NCBI GenBank assembly: GCA_963719085.1
Contig: CAVRAL010000001.1
Location: 1,024,001-1,088,000 of the forward strand
From: a candidate division FCPU426 bacterium
GTDB taxonomy: Bacteria > Oederibacteriota > Muellerivitia > Muellerivitales > Muellerivitaceae
DNA: 64,000 nt
Reading direction: 5' to 3'
This document shows, piece after piece, positions 27,589 through 38,155 of the stretch. The notes under the pieces are model-generated. The model ran no database searches. It was not told the DNA's origin and saw only the letters and a list, made by a program, of their open reading frames with translations. Position 1 is the stretch's first letter. Each line of letters opens with the position of its first letter. The position numbers were made by a program, and so were the translations under genes.

Positions 27589-27607
27589 TCAAAATCCTAA
27601 GGAAGTA

Positions 27608-28072
27608 TCAGACGGGTTTAAAAAGCACCAAACCGCGGCTCGAGCAAAATAGGACAAACACCAATAACGCCAGCAAGGTATCCCCCACTAACCTCAAAAC
27701 CAGCGGGTTATCCTCATCCTTGTTGCATTGAACCTTAAGGCCGTGGGCGGTCGCGCCGATGAAGTAATAGTGGCGGTCATGGTCATAAGTCTGAGCCGGG
27801 ATTAACCCGGCCTGGACCAACTTAGATTCGTCAAATCCCTTGTCTTTGTCGTCGGAGTCCGTCATGGCTTGGTCGGGATGGGCGGTGTTCCATTGATTCA
27901 CCGCTTTTTGGAAAAGGGCGACCCGGGCGTAGCAATCCAGTTCCTCTTTAGGAATTAGGATTTGCCGAAGGCCCCAAACCACCGCTACGGTGGCGACCCA
28001 GCAAATCAGAAAAATTGCCCATCCCTTTTTCCAGGTCAAGACTTCAAGTTTTTTTGTTTTAATGACCATCAT
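27608..28072 (-). CDS. Hypothetical membrane protein with TM at both ends
   Basis: AGGAG RBS before MMVIK; two Cys in the periplasmic part. Confidence 0.7.
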   Translation of the reverse strand: MMVIKTKKLEVLTWKKGWAIFLICWVATVAVVWGLRQILIPKEELDCYARVALFQKAVNQWNTAHPDQAMTDSDDKDKGFDESKLVQAGLIPAQTYDHDRHYYFIGATAHGLKVQCNKDEDNPLVLRLVGDTLLALLVFVLFCSSRGLVLFKPV

Positions 28073-28126
28073 TTTCTCCTGTCGAATTGCGCCGAGTATA
28101 CCAAAAAACCTCAATCAAAACCTGTT

Positions 28127-28234
28127 CACCGCCAAGACGCCAAGTTCGCCAAGAAAAACTAACAAGATTGAATTTACAAATATTTAAACGCTTATTCTTT
28201 CGCCGTTCTTGGCGAACTTGGCGTCTTGGCGGTG
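28127..28234. repeat. Perfect 29-bp inverted repeat (CCAAG-unit family) with 50-nt AT-rich spacer
   Basis: CACCGCCAAGACGCCAAGTTCGCCAAGAA and its exact reverse complement. Confidence 0.85.
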
Positions 28235-28241
28235 GAGGTTT

Positions 28242-29351
28242 CTATCCCCTGCGGGTGCCCACCAAAACCGGACGGCGGTTGGCGTAGGAAATATTCAAAA
28301 GCATGCCGATGGCCGCGTAGCTGAAAACCAACGAGGTTCCGCCGTAGCTGATAAAAGGAAGCGTCAGCCCCGTGACCGGCAAAATGCCGATGGTCATCCC
28401 CACGTTCACCACGATCTGCACGGCGAAAATGCTGGAAATTCCCAGAGCCAAAAGGGCGCCTTCCCGGTCCCGGGCCTTGCGGGCGATTTGAAACGACTTT
28501 TGAATCATAAAGTAATAAAGACCCAGTACCACCAGACATCCCACGAAACCCCATTCTTCCCCGACCACCGAAAAGATAAAGTCCGTGTGATGTTCCGGGA
28601 TAAAAGAAAGCTGGGTCTGGGTTCCCTGCAAATAGCCTTTGCCCGACACGCCGCCGGAGCCGATGGCGATGATGGATTGAATCAGGTTATAACCGGCGCC
28701 CAAGGGATCGGCCTGGGGGCTCAAAAAAACATCCAATCGTTCCCTTTGGTAATCCTTCAAAAAATGCCAAATAATCGGAAGGCAGGACAAACCCAAGATG
28801 AGCATCCATAACAACCAGCGCAGTTGAACCCCGCCCACGTACATGAGAATGATAGAGACCGGAACCAGCAGTAGCGCCGAACCCAGGTCCGGTTGTTTGA
28901 GGATGAGGATTAAGGGAACCCCCAAAGCCAGCAAAAGGAAAAATAAACGGCTTAGGTAAAAAAGCTCCACGCTCCGGCTTCCAATATAACGGGCCAAAAA
29001 GAGGATGAGCGAAAACTTCGCCAGCTCCGAAGGCTGGAACGAGAGGATGCCGAGCCTAATCCAGCGTTGGGCGCCGTTGGTGGAACCGCCCCAAAAAAAC
29101 ACAATCACCAAACAAATGATCGACAACCAGTAAAAGATGTAAGACGCCTCGATCCAAAACCGGTAATCAATGCGGGAAAAAAGCCACATGGCGAAAAGCG
29201 CGATGCCGAACCCCACCAATTGCCTTTTCCAAAGCTGGGAAATGTCTGGATTGCGGGAAGTGGCCGAGTAAACCACAAGCAAACCAATCACGGTCAAAAG
29301 CAAAACCTGGATGACCAAGGTCCAATCCAAACCCCGAAGATAATTTTTCAA
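28242..29351 (-). CDS. rodA: Rod shape-determining protein RodA
   Basis: GAQRWI, FQPSELAK, QPDLG, PEHHTDFIF. Confidence 0.96.
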   Translation of the reverse strand: MKNYLRGLDWTLVIQVLLLTVIGLLVVYSATSRNPDISQLWKRQLVGFGIALFAMWLFSRIDYRFWIEASYIFYWLSIICLVIVFFWGGSTNGAQRWIRLGILSFQPSELAKFSLILFLARYIGSRSVELFYLSRLFFLLLALGVPLILILKQPDLGSALLLVPVSIILMYVGGVQLRWLLWMLILGLSCLPIIWHFLKDYQRERLDVFLSPQADPLGAGYNLIQSIIAIGSGGVSGKGYLQGTQTQLSFIPEHHTDFIFSVVGEEWGFVGCLVVLGLYYFMIQKSFQIARKARDREGALLALGISSIFAVQIVVNVGMTIGILPVTGLTLPFISYGGTSLVFSYAAIGMLLNISYANRRPVLVGTRRG

Positions 29352-31204
29352 GGCGCCACCCCCATGATGGGCGTCGGTTTTTCCACCGGCGTGGGCCCCA
29401 CGGTGGGCGTGGCCCAAGGCGAGACTTCCATTCCTAAAGAGGCTTCCATCAACCGCTGGGCGATGGGGGCGGAAACAATGCCGCCTTCCCCGCCGTTTTC
29501 CACCAAAACAATCACCGCCACCCGCGGATTATCCGCCGGGGCGTAAGCCGTGAACCAGGCGTGGTTGTCGCCATGGGGGTTTTCCGACGTGCCGGTTTTA
29601 CCGGCGACCAAAACACCGGGAATGCGGGCCTTCTTGCCCGTGCCCCTGTCACTGCTGATCACTTTTTCCATACAGCCTTGAATGAACTTCAAATGCTCCG
29701 GATCCAAGCTCGTCTGGCCCAACAGCTCGGGCGCCTGGTCGTAAATCGACCGGCCCGTCTTTTGGTCCACCACGCGGTAAAGCAGGTGCGGTTTGAATAT
29801 TTTACCGTTCATGGCGATCGCCGAATCCATATCCAGCATCTGCAGGGGGGTGGTCAACAGGTATCCCTGGCCGATGCTCATTTGAATGGTGTTTCCGGGA
29901 AACCAAGGCGTGTGCTGGGTGCTTTCCTTCCATTTGGGATTGGGAACCAGGCCCGGCACTTCGGAATCTAGATCCACCCCCGTCTTGCTGCCCAAGCCCA
30001 TCATGCGGGCCACCCGGTAAATCTGATCGATCTTCACCTCAAGCCCCAATTGATAAAAAAAGATATCGCAGGATTCGATGATGGCCGTCTGCAAATTCAC
30101 CCAGCCGTGTCCCGAGGTTCTCCAACAGCGATAGGGCCAGGTTTTGTACCAAAAGATGCCGCGGCAAAGAAAAACTTTTGAGTAATCGATCACATGGTCT
30201 TCCAACGCCGCCAGGGCCGTGATGAGTTTAAAAATCGATCCCGGCGGATACTGGCCCTGGATGGCCCGGTTTTCCAGGGGAAAGGTTTTGTCTTTGATCA
30301 GCTTGTTCCAATCCTTGAAAGAAATGCCGCTGACGAATTGGTTCGGATCGTAATTGGGCGTACTGACCATGGCCAAGATCTCGCCCGTGCTGGGATCGGT
30401 GACGATGATCGCGCCGATATTGTCGCCCATCAATTCTTCGGCGAGCTTTTGAACCTTATAGTCAATCGACAACATCACGGTCTGGCCTTGGATTGGATTT
30501 TTATAGGCCAAGGTCCGGCGCTGAACCCCGGAAGCGTCCACCTCGACTTCCACGCCCCCGTTCTCGCCCCGAAGCACATTGTCGTAGGTCCGTTCCACGC
30601 CCTTCTGCCCGACCCAATCCCCCTCATGATAACCATCGTCCTTCAAGCGGCCCAACTGTTGTTCGCTGATCTCGCCGATATAGCCCAATACGTGGGAAGC
30701 CAATTCGCCATGGGGGTAATAGCGCTCCGGCTCCATTTGAATATAAATTCCGGGCAGGTGAACCAGGTTCTCCTCGATCTGGGAAATCAAGACGGGGTCC
30801 AAATGGGTGCGCAGGCGGATCGGCTCAAACTTTCGCGTCTCGCGGCGGCTCTCGACCAACAGTTCCATGTCCGAAAGGGGCTCGCCCAATATCTGGCTCA
30901 ACTTCACCAAGGTCGGGCCGTAAGCCTGGACTTCGGCGGGCACCAAAAAGAGCGAATAGGTGGGGCGGTTAGTGGCCAAAATCTCCCCGTTGCGGTCCGT
31001 AATGATTCCGCGCGGGGCCTTTTCCGGGATGAGGCGCAGGCTGTTGACGTCCGACAAGTTTCGGTAATAGGGATAATTGAGAATTTGGATATAAAAAAGA
31101 CGGGCAAAAATACAAAAGAAACCCAACGAGATCAGCGCGAGCAAAAGATTCATCTTTTTCTCGGGCGACCGGCCGAATTTTAAGTTGGTTCTTTTAAAAG
31201 ACAT
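29348..31204 (-). CDS. mrdA: Penicillin-binding protein 2
   Basis: PRGII.DRNG, SIFK, SCD, KTG motifs. Confidence 0.96.
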   Translation of the reverse strand: MSFKRTNLKFGRSPEKKMNLLLALISLGFFCIFARLFYIQILNYPYYRNLSDVNSLRLIPEKAPRGIITDRNGEILATNRPTYSLFLVPAEVQAYGPTLVKLSQILGEPLSDMELLVESRRETRKFEPIRLRTHLDPVLISQIEENLVHLPGIYIQMEPERYYPHGELASHVLGYIGEISEQQLGRLKDDGYHEGDWVGQKGVERTYDNVLRGENGGVEVEVDASGVQRRTLAYKNPIQGQTVMLSIDYKVQKLAEELMGDNIGAIIVTDPSTGEILAMVSTPNYDPNQFVSGISFKDWNKLIKDKTFPLENRAIQGQYPPGSIFKLITALAALEDHVIDYSKVFLCRGIFWYKTWPYRCWRTSGHGWVNLQTAIIESCDIFFYQLGLEVKIDQIYRVARMMGLGSKTGVDLDSEVPGLVPNPKWKESTQHTPWFPGNTIQMSIGQGYLLTTPLQMLDMDSAIAMNGKIFKPHLLYRVVDQKTGRSIYDQAPELLGQTSLDPEHLKFIQGCMEKVISSDRGTGKKARIPGVLVAGKTGTSENPHGDNHAWFTAYAPADNPRVAVIVLVENGGEGGIVSAPIAQRLMEASLGMEVSPWATPTVGPTPVEKPTPIMGVAP

Positions 31205-31227
31205 GATTCCCCATTTTTAACCGGCGC

Positions 31228-31707
31228 TTAAGCCGTGGCCGGGTCAAACCGCCGGCGCCTGAAACGCACCACCCCGAAACACACCACCGCCCCCACCAAT
31301 GAGGTGAGGAAAATCGAGGGCAAGGCGATCCACAAGGCGTCCACGAAGGTGGGGGCTTTGCCGTCCCATTTCATCAATATCCAAATGACGATTTGTTGGA
31401 TGGAAATATTAGCCAGGATCAGCAAGGCCTGGGTGGGGATGCGCTCCCTGTAAATTTTCTTTTGGGCCAAAACCGCGATCAAGGCCGTCAAAACCTTGGC
31501 GATCAGGTTGGGGCCGATCCACCCCGCGGATAGAAGATCCTGGCTCAATCCCATCACGAAACCGATGGAAGCGGCCTTTAAGGGCGTCGTCCTCAAGCCC
31601 ACCAAGGAGACAAAAATGAGCGGCAGGTCGATTCCCCAAATCGCCGCGAAGGATTGCTGGAAAAAGAAAACGCCGAAAGCCCATAAAAAAAGCGCCGGGG
31701 GCCTCAT
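31228..31707 (-). CDS. mreD: Rod shape-determining protein MreD
   Basis: Hydrophobic, GLSQDLLS; lies between mreC and mrdA. Confidence 0.88.
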   Translation of the reverse strand: MRPPALFLWAFGVFFFQQSFAAIWGIDLPLIFVSLVGLRTTPLKAASIGFVMGLSQDLLSAGWIGPNLIAKVLTALIAVLAQKKIYRERIPTQALLILANISIQQIVIWILMKWDGKAPTFVDALWIALPSIFLTSLVGAVVCFGVVRFRRRRFDPATA

Positions 31708-31731
31708 AGCGCCTGCTCTTGAAAGGAGTGC

Positions 31732-32562
31732 CTATTGGTAAACATTAATGGGCTCCAACACAAACACATAGTCCAAGACCGCGAAATCCACCGCCGGCAC
31801 CATCTCGATTTCGGTGTAAAGGCCGTTATCCGATTGGGTTTTACTCAAGACCGTCCCTAAGGCGTAGCCCTTGGGAAAAACCCCGCCCAGCCCGGAGGAA
31901 ACAATGGCGTCACCGGATTGAATGTCCTCGCCGATGTCCACGTAATCAAACTTCAACCGGTTGCGTCCCGATCCCACCGCGACCCCCGTCACCCGGGACC
32001 TGGAATCAATCCCCCCCACGCCCGAGTCCGGATCCAGGATGAGAAGCACCCGGGAATATTTGGCCGTGGTCTCGATGATCCTTCCCACGATGCCTTGCTC
32101 GGAGATGACCGGCGAATCCACCTGGACGCCGTCGTCGGTGCCTTTATCAATCACGAAACTTTTGTTCCAAGTGCTGGGATCATGGGCGATGATCCGGGCG
32201 AGCTGGGCGTTGTGCGGCATGGTGGCCTTGATCCGAACCACATCCTGGAGCCGCTTTAACTCATCCCCCACCAGTTTGTCCGATGAGATTTCAAGCCGAA
32301 GGGACTGATTGTCCTGTTGGAGCCGGGTGACTTCCTGTCGCAAGTGGCTCAATTCCTGAATGGCGTCCAGGGTATTTTCGGGAAAGGTCAAAATCTGATC
32401 CACGCCGTCCTGGATCGGCTGCCAAACCGAGAGCGAGACGTTTTTAGCCGCTCCCGCCTCGCGCAAAGTCCGGGCGTGGCGGTGGAAATAAATCCAGACG
32501 CACAAAAACAAAAGCAACGCCAGGAGAAGAAGCGATCGGTTTTTGATAAGGAATTTAAGCAC
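31732..32562 (-). CDS. mreC: Rod shape-determining protein MreC
   Basis: TM, coiled coil, IDKG, SSGLGGVFPKG. Confidence 0.95.
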   Translation of the reverse strand: MLKFLIKNRSLLLLALLLFLCVWIYFHRHARTLREAGAAKNVSLSVWQPIQDGVDQILTFPENTLDAIQELSHLRQEVTRLQQDNQSLRLEISSDKLVGDELKRLQDVVRIKATMPHNAQLARIIAHDPSTWNKSFVIDKGTDDGVQVDSPVISEQGIVGRIIETTAKYSRVLLILDPDSGVGGIDSRSRVTGVAVGSGRNRLKFDYVDIGEDIQSGDAIVSSGLGGVFPKGYALGTVLSKTQSDNGLYTEIEMVPAVDFAVLDYVFVLEPINVYQ

Positions 32563-32613
32563 GGCGTCTTAAGCTTTCAAAGCGTTTGGCGGCTGGCCGC
32601 TGGGGACGGAGGA

Positions 32614-33654
32614 TTAATTGTATTCTTTTTCAAGAACCGAAATCCGCTTCAACAAGTCCAGGGACTCATCCAAAAGCTTGCCCGCGCCCATGGCGACGGC
32701 CGTCGTGGGATCGTCGGCCAAGTTCACCGGCACACCCGTCTCGTCCCGTAGACGTTCGTCCAAATTCTTTAAGAGTGAGGAGCCACCGGCCAGGATAATA
32801 CCCCGGTCCACGATGTCCGCGGCCAACTCCGGCGGCGTGCGCTCCAGCGTCATCTTGATGGTCTCGATGATGGGAATCAGCGGCTCTTCCAGCGCTTCCC
32901 GAATTTCTTCCGAGCGAAGCTCGATGGATTTGGGAAGACCGGTCACCAAGTCCCGGCCCTTAATCTGCATGCGCAGTTCCTGCTCCAGCGGGAAAGCCGA
33001 CCCGATTTGGATCTTGATATCCTCGGCCGTTCTTTCACCGATCAGGATGTTATAGGTCTTCTTGATGTGGCTGATGATGGCCTCATCCATTTCGTCCCCG
33101 GCTACCCGGATGGATTTTCCGTAAACAATGTCGGTCAAGGAGATAACGGCCACTTCGGTCGTGCCCCCGCCGATATCCACGATCATGTTGCCTTGGGCTT
33201 CCCCGACGGGTAACCCGGCGCCGATCGCCGCCGCCATGGGTTCTTCCACCAGAAACACTTCCCGGGCGCCGGCCTGCTCCGCCGAGTCGCGCACGGCGCG
33301 CTTCTCAACTTCGGTACAGCCGGAAGGAATGGCCACCACGATGCGGGGGCGGATCAGGGACTTTCGGTTGTGGACCTGGGAAATAAAGTGGCGCAGCATG
33401 CGTTCGGTAATCTCAAAATCGGCGATGACCCCGTCCTTCATGGGCCGGATGGCGACGATCGATCCCGGGGTGCGCCCCAGCATGGTTTTGGCTTCGTTGC
33501 CGACAGCCAGGATTTGGTTGGTAGCTTTATGCACAACCACCAGCGAGGGTTCTTGCAGGACGATGCCCCGTCCCTTCACGTAAACCAATGTGGTGGCGGT
33601 CCCCAAGTCGATGGCGACGTCACTGGAAAACAGCCCTAATAGGAAGTTCAGCAA
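32614..33654 (-). CDS. mreB: Rod shape-determining protein MreB
   Basis: [25 protein letters not shown]. Confidence 0.98.
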   Translation of the reverse strand: MLNFLLGLFSSDVAIDLGTATTLVYVKGRGIVLQEPSLVVVHKATNQILAVGNEAKTMLGRTPGSIVAIRPMKDGVIADFEITERMLRHFISQVHNRKSLIRPRIVVAIPSGCTEVEKRAVRDSAEQAGAREVFLVEEPMAAAIGAGLPVGEAQGNMIVDIGGGTTEVAVISLTDIVYGKSIRVAGDEMDEAIISHIKKTYNILIGERTAEDIKIQIGSAFPLEQELRMQIKGRDLVTGLPKSIELRSEEIREALEEPLIPIIETIKMTLERTPPELAADIVDRGIILAGGSSLLKNLDERLRDETGVPVNLADDPTTAVAMGAGKLLDESLDLLKRISVLEKEYN

Positions 33655-33920
33655 AGGTCTTCTCCTCGCCGCGAATTCGCGGCCGGTTTTTAAAGAATCT
33701 CGCTACCCAAAACACCTATAAAAAAAACAACCCCGGTCGAAAACCGAGGAAACTCAAGGATTTACGAACCCTTCGGTAAAGGCGCAGTAGTTTAACATAG
33801 GGCCTAGGCCTGTCCAATATTTTTCAATAAATATAGGCCCGAAAATGGCGGTTTATTAAGACGAAATCGGCTTTTATGCAGTGGGTTCGATTGGGGAAAA
33901 AAAGAAACTTCCGGCGAAAT

Positions 33921-34376
33921 TTACGGCGTGGGGGCGGGCGGTCCGCCGATGCCGCGTTGGGCTTTCATTTTCAGGACCCGCTCAAACAACTTTAAATATT
34001 CTTTTTTCAAATCGGCGTGAGAAAAGCCTTTGTAGCCGTTTTCGTTGTAATCCTCGCCCAGGTATTCTTTGCTCTGTTTGATGAAGGTAAGGACGGTCCC
34101 CACAGTCTCATCCTCGGCGTTGGCCGCCTGGATCGCGACCTTTTGGACCACGCCGTTTTTATAGCGGCTGATCTGTTCGGGACTGGGATTGACGATCCCC
34201 CCGATTTTCCCGGTAAAGGAATCGTTATAAAAGAGCACCTGGACTTCTTGGCCGATTAACCCAGCGGAGTTAAAGAGCTGTTCGTTCACCTTTTCGCTGG
34301 CGGGCATTTCAGCCCCGCAGTCCGAGCAGAACTTGGCTTTCGGGTCATTTTTCACGCCGCAACGGGGACATTTCAT
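33921..34376 (-). CDS. Zinc-ribbon domain hypothetical protein
   Basis: CPRCG...FCSDCG. Confidence 0.75.
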   Translation of the reverse strand: MKCPRCGVKNDPKAKFCSDCGAEMPASEKVNEQLFNSAGLIGQEVQVLFYNDSFTGKIGGIVNPSPEQISRYKNGVVQKVAIQAANAEDETVGTVLTFIKQSKEYLGEDYNENGYKGFSHADLKKEYLKLFERVLKMKAQRGIGGPPAPTP

Positions 34377-34733
34377 GAATTTAAGGATTCTCCTGGGAAA
34401 GTTCGGGAAACTATACCAGCCAATTCCCCCAATTCAAGGGTTCTCATAGCTGTTTTAACGTTCGGATTCCTTATTTTATAACGACAAAAAACCTGAAAAC
34501 CTTAGCCCCAGGCGATAAAAACAAGGGTCTTTTCAACCTAATAGACGGTTGGCGGGGGTCAAAAGTTACCCCCCGAAGCCCGTCAAAACACCCGGAACAA
34601 CTCCAGCCAACAGGCCGAACTTGCGGCCCGCAATAGATGACAGTGTTTGTGCATTAAAATTGATTTAAGAAATAAATTTAATTCCCCAGAATAATATCTT
34701 GAATAATTTTTGTCCTTATTGAAAATACAGCGC

Positions 34734-34910
34734 ATGCGTTTGAAAATTCCGGCATTTAGGAAAACCGTCGAAGCCGGACAAGCCGCGACCGAGTATCTAT
34801 TGCTCGCCGCCATGATTTTGATGGTCTTCACCGGAACAACAGCGCTCTTTTCAAAACAGATCCAAAATTATTTGGACCTGTTACTTGAAATGATTTGTCT
34901 ACCCTTTTAA
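34734..34910 (+). CDS. Small Flp-like minor pilin (class III signal peptide)
   Basis: GQAATEYLLL followed by a hydrophobic helix. Confidence 0.7.
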   Translation: MRLKIPAFRKTVEAGQAATEYLLLAAMILMVFTGTTALFSKQIQNYLDLLLEMICLPF

Positions 34911-34924
34911 ATTTCGGAGGCCCC

Positions 34925-35149
34925 ATGAAACTCAAACACTCTCTCAAAAATAACCGCGGACAAGGAATGACCGAGTACATTTTGATCGTCGCGCTGATCG
35001 CCGTTTTTGCCATTGGAGCCATTAAGTTCTTCGGAAAAAGCACCTCCGATAACTTCACGGCCGCCGCCAACGCCACCAACTCGGCCGTTAACAGCGGCAC
35101 CGCTGGTTCCTCCGCCGGCGGGGCGTTGGGAGCCGTCGCTGGGCATTAA
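34925..35149 (+). CDS. flp: Flp/type IVb major pilin
   Basis: RGQGMTEYILIVALIAV; GGAGG RBS. Confidence 0.9.
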   Translation: MKLKHSLKNNRGQGMTEYILIVALIAVFAIGAIKFFGKSTSDNFTAAANATNSAVNSGTAGSSAGGALGAVAGH

Positions 35150-35154
35150 CCGCC

Positions 35155-35718
35155 ATGAGAACCCAGGCAAAAAACACCAAAGGCCAATCGTTGGTCGAGT
35201 TCACGCTCATCGCGCCTTTGGTTTTCTTTGTCTTTTTGGGAATTATTCAACTGACCTATATGGCTTTTGTTTTTTTCGCCGTGCAAAACGCGGCTTTTTC
35301 CATCGCTCACAAAGCCGCCGCTTCCGCTTCCCCCAAGGAATACAATCCGGCCCTCGATTTAATTTATGACTTGGCCCCTCTGGAAAAAATCAATTCTTCC
35401 CTCGTCCTAACCGCCTTGGCGTCTCAATGCCAAATTCAAAACCAGTCCGACCAAGTCCAGCTAACCTTGCGCTATCCCATGATTATTTGGATTCCACTGT
35501 TCAAAGAACTTTTTGGCGAAAAACTTTCTTTACCAACGACTTCTGAAAATCTCGACTCGAATCTCGTCCAAAATATTTTCGCCCTTGCCGGCGTCTCGAT
35601 CCCCCTACTGCGGGCCGCGGGGGCCCAAGCGCCTTACGTCCACTGGTTTGTCGTCACCGCGTCAGCGCTGGATGAAAACTCCGTTCCGAATACCGACGCT
35701 CTTCGGACACCCTTATGA
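35155..35718 (+). CDS. TadE-like pseudopilin
   Basis: KGQSLVEFTLIAP. Confidence 0.85.
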   Translation: MRTQAKNTKGQSLVEFTLIAPLVFFVFLGIIQLTYMAFVFFAVQNAAFSIAHKAAASASPKEYNPALDLIYDLAPLEKINSSLVLTALASQCQIQNQSDQVQLTLRYPMIIWIPLFKELFGEKLSLPTTSENLDSNLVQNIFALAGVSIPLLRAAGAQAPYVHWFVVTASALDENSVPNTDALRTPL

Positions 35719-36941
35719 CCTTACTTATTCGAAAAAAAATCGAAAAACCGGAGGGACAGGTTCTCTTAGCCACCTTGTTTTTTTGTTTTATTTTCGCGGC
35801 TTTATTCGCGGGCCTCTACAAATCGGGGCTTGTTTATAGCCTAAAGGAAAGGTCCAACCGCTCTTGCGAATTAACGGCTTTATCCGCCGGGGCCGTCTAC
35901 GCGAACGGCATGCAGCTGGTCCGGTTGACCAATGTGCTATTAATCGCCTTCGCGATGATCGACCTGACCGTCATCGCGGCCGAAGTCGCCGCGGCGTCCT
36001 CGGTCAGTTTCGGCGCCTTAGCCTTAATTGCCAGCCGGGCCGATCCGCATACGCGGAAAATAGTTCAAGATCTCCAAAAAGTTCTTTTCGGAATTGACAT
36101 TAAGGTTCCCGGCCTTTACCCGCTCCTCATTTTGACGGAAGGGCTTTCCGCCGACGAAAAAAACTGTTTAATGAACAATTGGTCCATCCCTGCCCACTTA
36201 TCCTTTCACGTCCCTTTTCCGCCTTCTCCCTTATTTCTTTTCAGCGTTGAAACTTCCACCCCAATATTTATTTCGGCGGTACCTACCATGGCTTTAAAAT
36301 TCCGAACCGCCGATCAATTCATCAATGATATGGATGATTCCAACGAGAACAAAGTCTATTACCGGTACAAGGATCAGCAAACAGGAACCTATCATTACGT
36401 CGAAGAAAAGGACACCGAGGAAGCGCCCGGATCAGTCCACGAAGGACAAAGACGCGTCAGAGAGGGTTTACCCGGATCAAACAAACTTCTCAAAATGGAA
36501 CCCGTCACCATGACGGAGGCCGAAAAGGACGCCTTGGGCTCGGCCGAAGGCGAGCTCCCCAAACACGGCCTGACTCAAATTCAAAGTTCTTTTGGCGCCA
36601 TCGCACACCTCTTAAACGGAATCCCAATGGATGTCACCGATCGGGACGACCCGCCCAACCACACGGTGGTCGTTTATTCCACCCTTCCCACAACCCTTCA
36701 AAAGACAAGCCAGTCCGGCGTGAACCTACAATCCCTGAGCGAAACCAGCGTCGAGGGTCCGGGATTAGCCGCCTGGGATTTTGAAAACCCCTTATACCAA
36801 GCCCGCCTGACGGAGTTCGACGCTTCCCGCGCCGCTCAAATCATAAGCTCCAAAATAAATTTGCAAAACCTGATCGGGTCGGGACAAATCCCATCGCTTC
36901 CCCATTTTTCCAATATTCCCGCCGCGCTTACGGGGTTTTAA
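35715..36941 (+). CDS. TadG-like pilus-associated protein
   Basis: EGQVLL + TM, ALSAGAVYA pattern; tad context. Confidence 0.6.
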   Translation: MTLLIRKKIEKPEGQVLLATLFFCFIFAALFAGLYKSGLVYSLKERSNRSCELTALSAGAVYANGMQLVRLTNVLLIAFAMIDLTVIAAEVAAASSVSFGALALIASRADPHTRKIVQDLQKVLFGIDIKVPGLYPLLILTEGLSADEKNCLMNNWSIPAHLSFHVPFPPSPLFLFSVETSTPIFISAVPTMALKFRTADQFINDMDDSNENKVYYRYKDQQTGTYHYVEEKDTEEAPGSVHEGQRRVREGLPGSNKLLKMEPVTMTEAEKDALGSAEGELPKHGLTQIQSSFGAIAHLLNGIPMDVTDRDDPPNHTVVVYSTLPTTLQKTSQSGVNLQSLSETSVEGPGLAAWDFENPLYQARLTEFDASRAAQIISSKINLQNLIGSGQIPSLPHFSNIPAALTGF

Positions 36942-37429
36942 TGAAAAATTCCCAAGGGCAAGCCCTTACCGAAATGGTCCTGGTCATTCCCCTGCTTTCT
37001 CTTTTAGCTTTTGGGCTTATTCAGTTTGCCGTCTTTTTTTCCGCCAAGTCTGCCTTTGAATACGCCTGCGGTCAAATGGCCCGGCAATACGCTTGCGGAC
37101 GCGTTTCAAAGACATCCGACCTTTCCGGCTCGATATGGAACGCGCTGGGATCTTATCAGCGTTTTTTTGACCCCTCGTCTTTACGCGTTTCCGCCTCTCC
37201 CTTCTCATCCCAACTCGCGGCGCCTTTTTTATCCATCGCGAACGCCATGCCGGGCGCGGGCTTATTGACCTCCACACTCGGGGATGGCTTTCTGAATTAC
37301 TCGGGTCAGACTTGGATCGTCACGCTCCAATACAACGGCCTTCCCTTCTCCCATCTTTTCCTGTCCCGGGGGGTCCAGCTTCAAACTCAATTAGCCGTCC
37401 TCAAATATCCCGACGGGGCGATTCCATGA
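36941..37429 (+). CDS. TadE-like pseudopilin
   Basis: QGQALTEMVLVIP. Confidence 0.85.
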   Translation: MKNSQGQALTEMVLVIPLLSLLAFGLIQFAVFFSAKSAFEYACGQMARQYACGRVSKTSDLSGSIWNALGSYQRFFDPSSLRVSASPFSSQLAAPFLSIANAMPGAGLLTSTLGDGFLNYSGQTWIVTLQYNGLPFSHLFLSRGVQLQTQLAVLKYPDGAIP

Positions 37430-38145
37430 AAAAAACATGGTTTTGGGCCACCCTGGTTTTTTGGGGAATTCTCTCAAGCGCCGTCATTTCCCGGGCGCTG
37501 ATCTTTTCGCCTTTACAATTCGACCCCCAAACCATTCAACACTTTGAAACACAGGTCAACGGGCTGCCTCAAGACCATCGGGTGTGGGTTAATTCGGGAA
37601 CGCTCAATCGTTTAATTCCCCTCATCGAAACCCAATATAAAAATCAAGGCTGGAACTTGGTCGGTTCGGGAATGGACTTTGCCCCAACCGCCCTCGGGAT
37701 TCAAGATCCGTCCATCGCCTTTCCCGATACTTTTCAAATCAAGATTTTTGAAAAAAACGCCGTCACCCGCACATTGGGTTTATGGCAATCGCCCGGGACG
37801 GATCAAACTTACGGCTGGACTTGCGATACGTCCCAAGCCATCCAGGACTTCGTTCAAGCCCGCAAAAACTGGAATTTCCCATTCGCGCCCCCGCCAAACG
37901 CCACTTCTTTTTTCGTTGAAAAAATAAGAAACTGCCAGATCGCGATCATCTTGGTTCCCGCGACGCCCCATCCCTTGGAGGAATTTGACGAAATTTGTCG
38001 CGCCCAATCCTTTGAGAAGAACCCCTACACCGGCGATACCTCCAACCCCACTTTTATCCTGAAAAAAAACAGGCTCCGCCTTTTAGCCCAACTCATCGCC
38101 GGAAAAACCCAGACTTCCCTCTCATTTGTGGATTTAAACAAATAA
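37426..38145 (+). CDS. Hypothetical exported protein in the tad locus
   Basis: ATGA overlap with the upstream gene; N-terminal hydrophobic segment. Confidence 0.7.
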   Translation: MKKTWFWATLVFWGILSSAVISRALIFSPLQFDPQTIQHFETQVNGLPQDHRVWVNSGTLNRLIPLIETQYKNQGWNLVGSGMDFAPTALGIQDPSIAFPDTFQIKIFEKNAVTRTLGLWQSPGTDQTYGWTCDTSQAIQDFVQARKNWNFPFAPPPNATSFFVEKIRNCQIAIILVPATPHPLEEFDEICRAQSFEKNPYTGDTSNPTFILKKNRLRLLAQLIAGKTQTSLSFVDLNK

Positions 38146-38155
38146 AGGAAAAGCA

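Noticed and set aside
24542..28234. CRISPR interpretation of the CCAAG repeats
   Set aside because: Repeats are inverted pairs without regular unique spacers; no cas genes
34500..34640. Possible c-di-GMP riboswitch upstream of the tad locus
   Set aside because: A GC hairpin is present but the GGCAAA/GNRA/receptor consensus is missing
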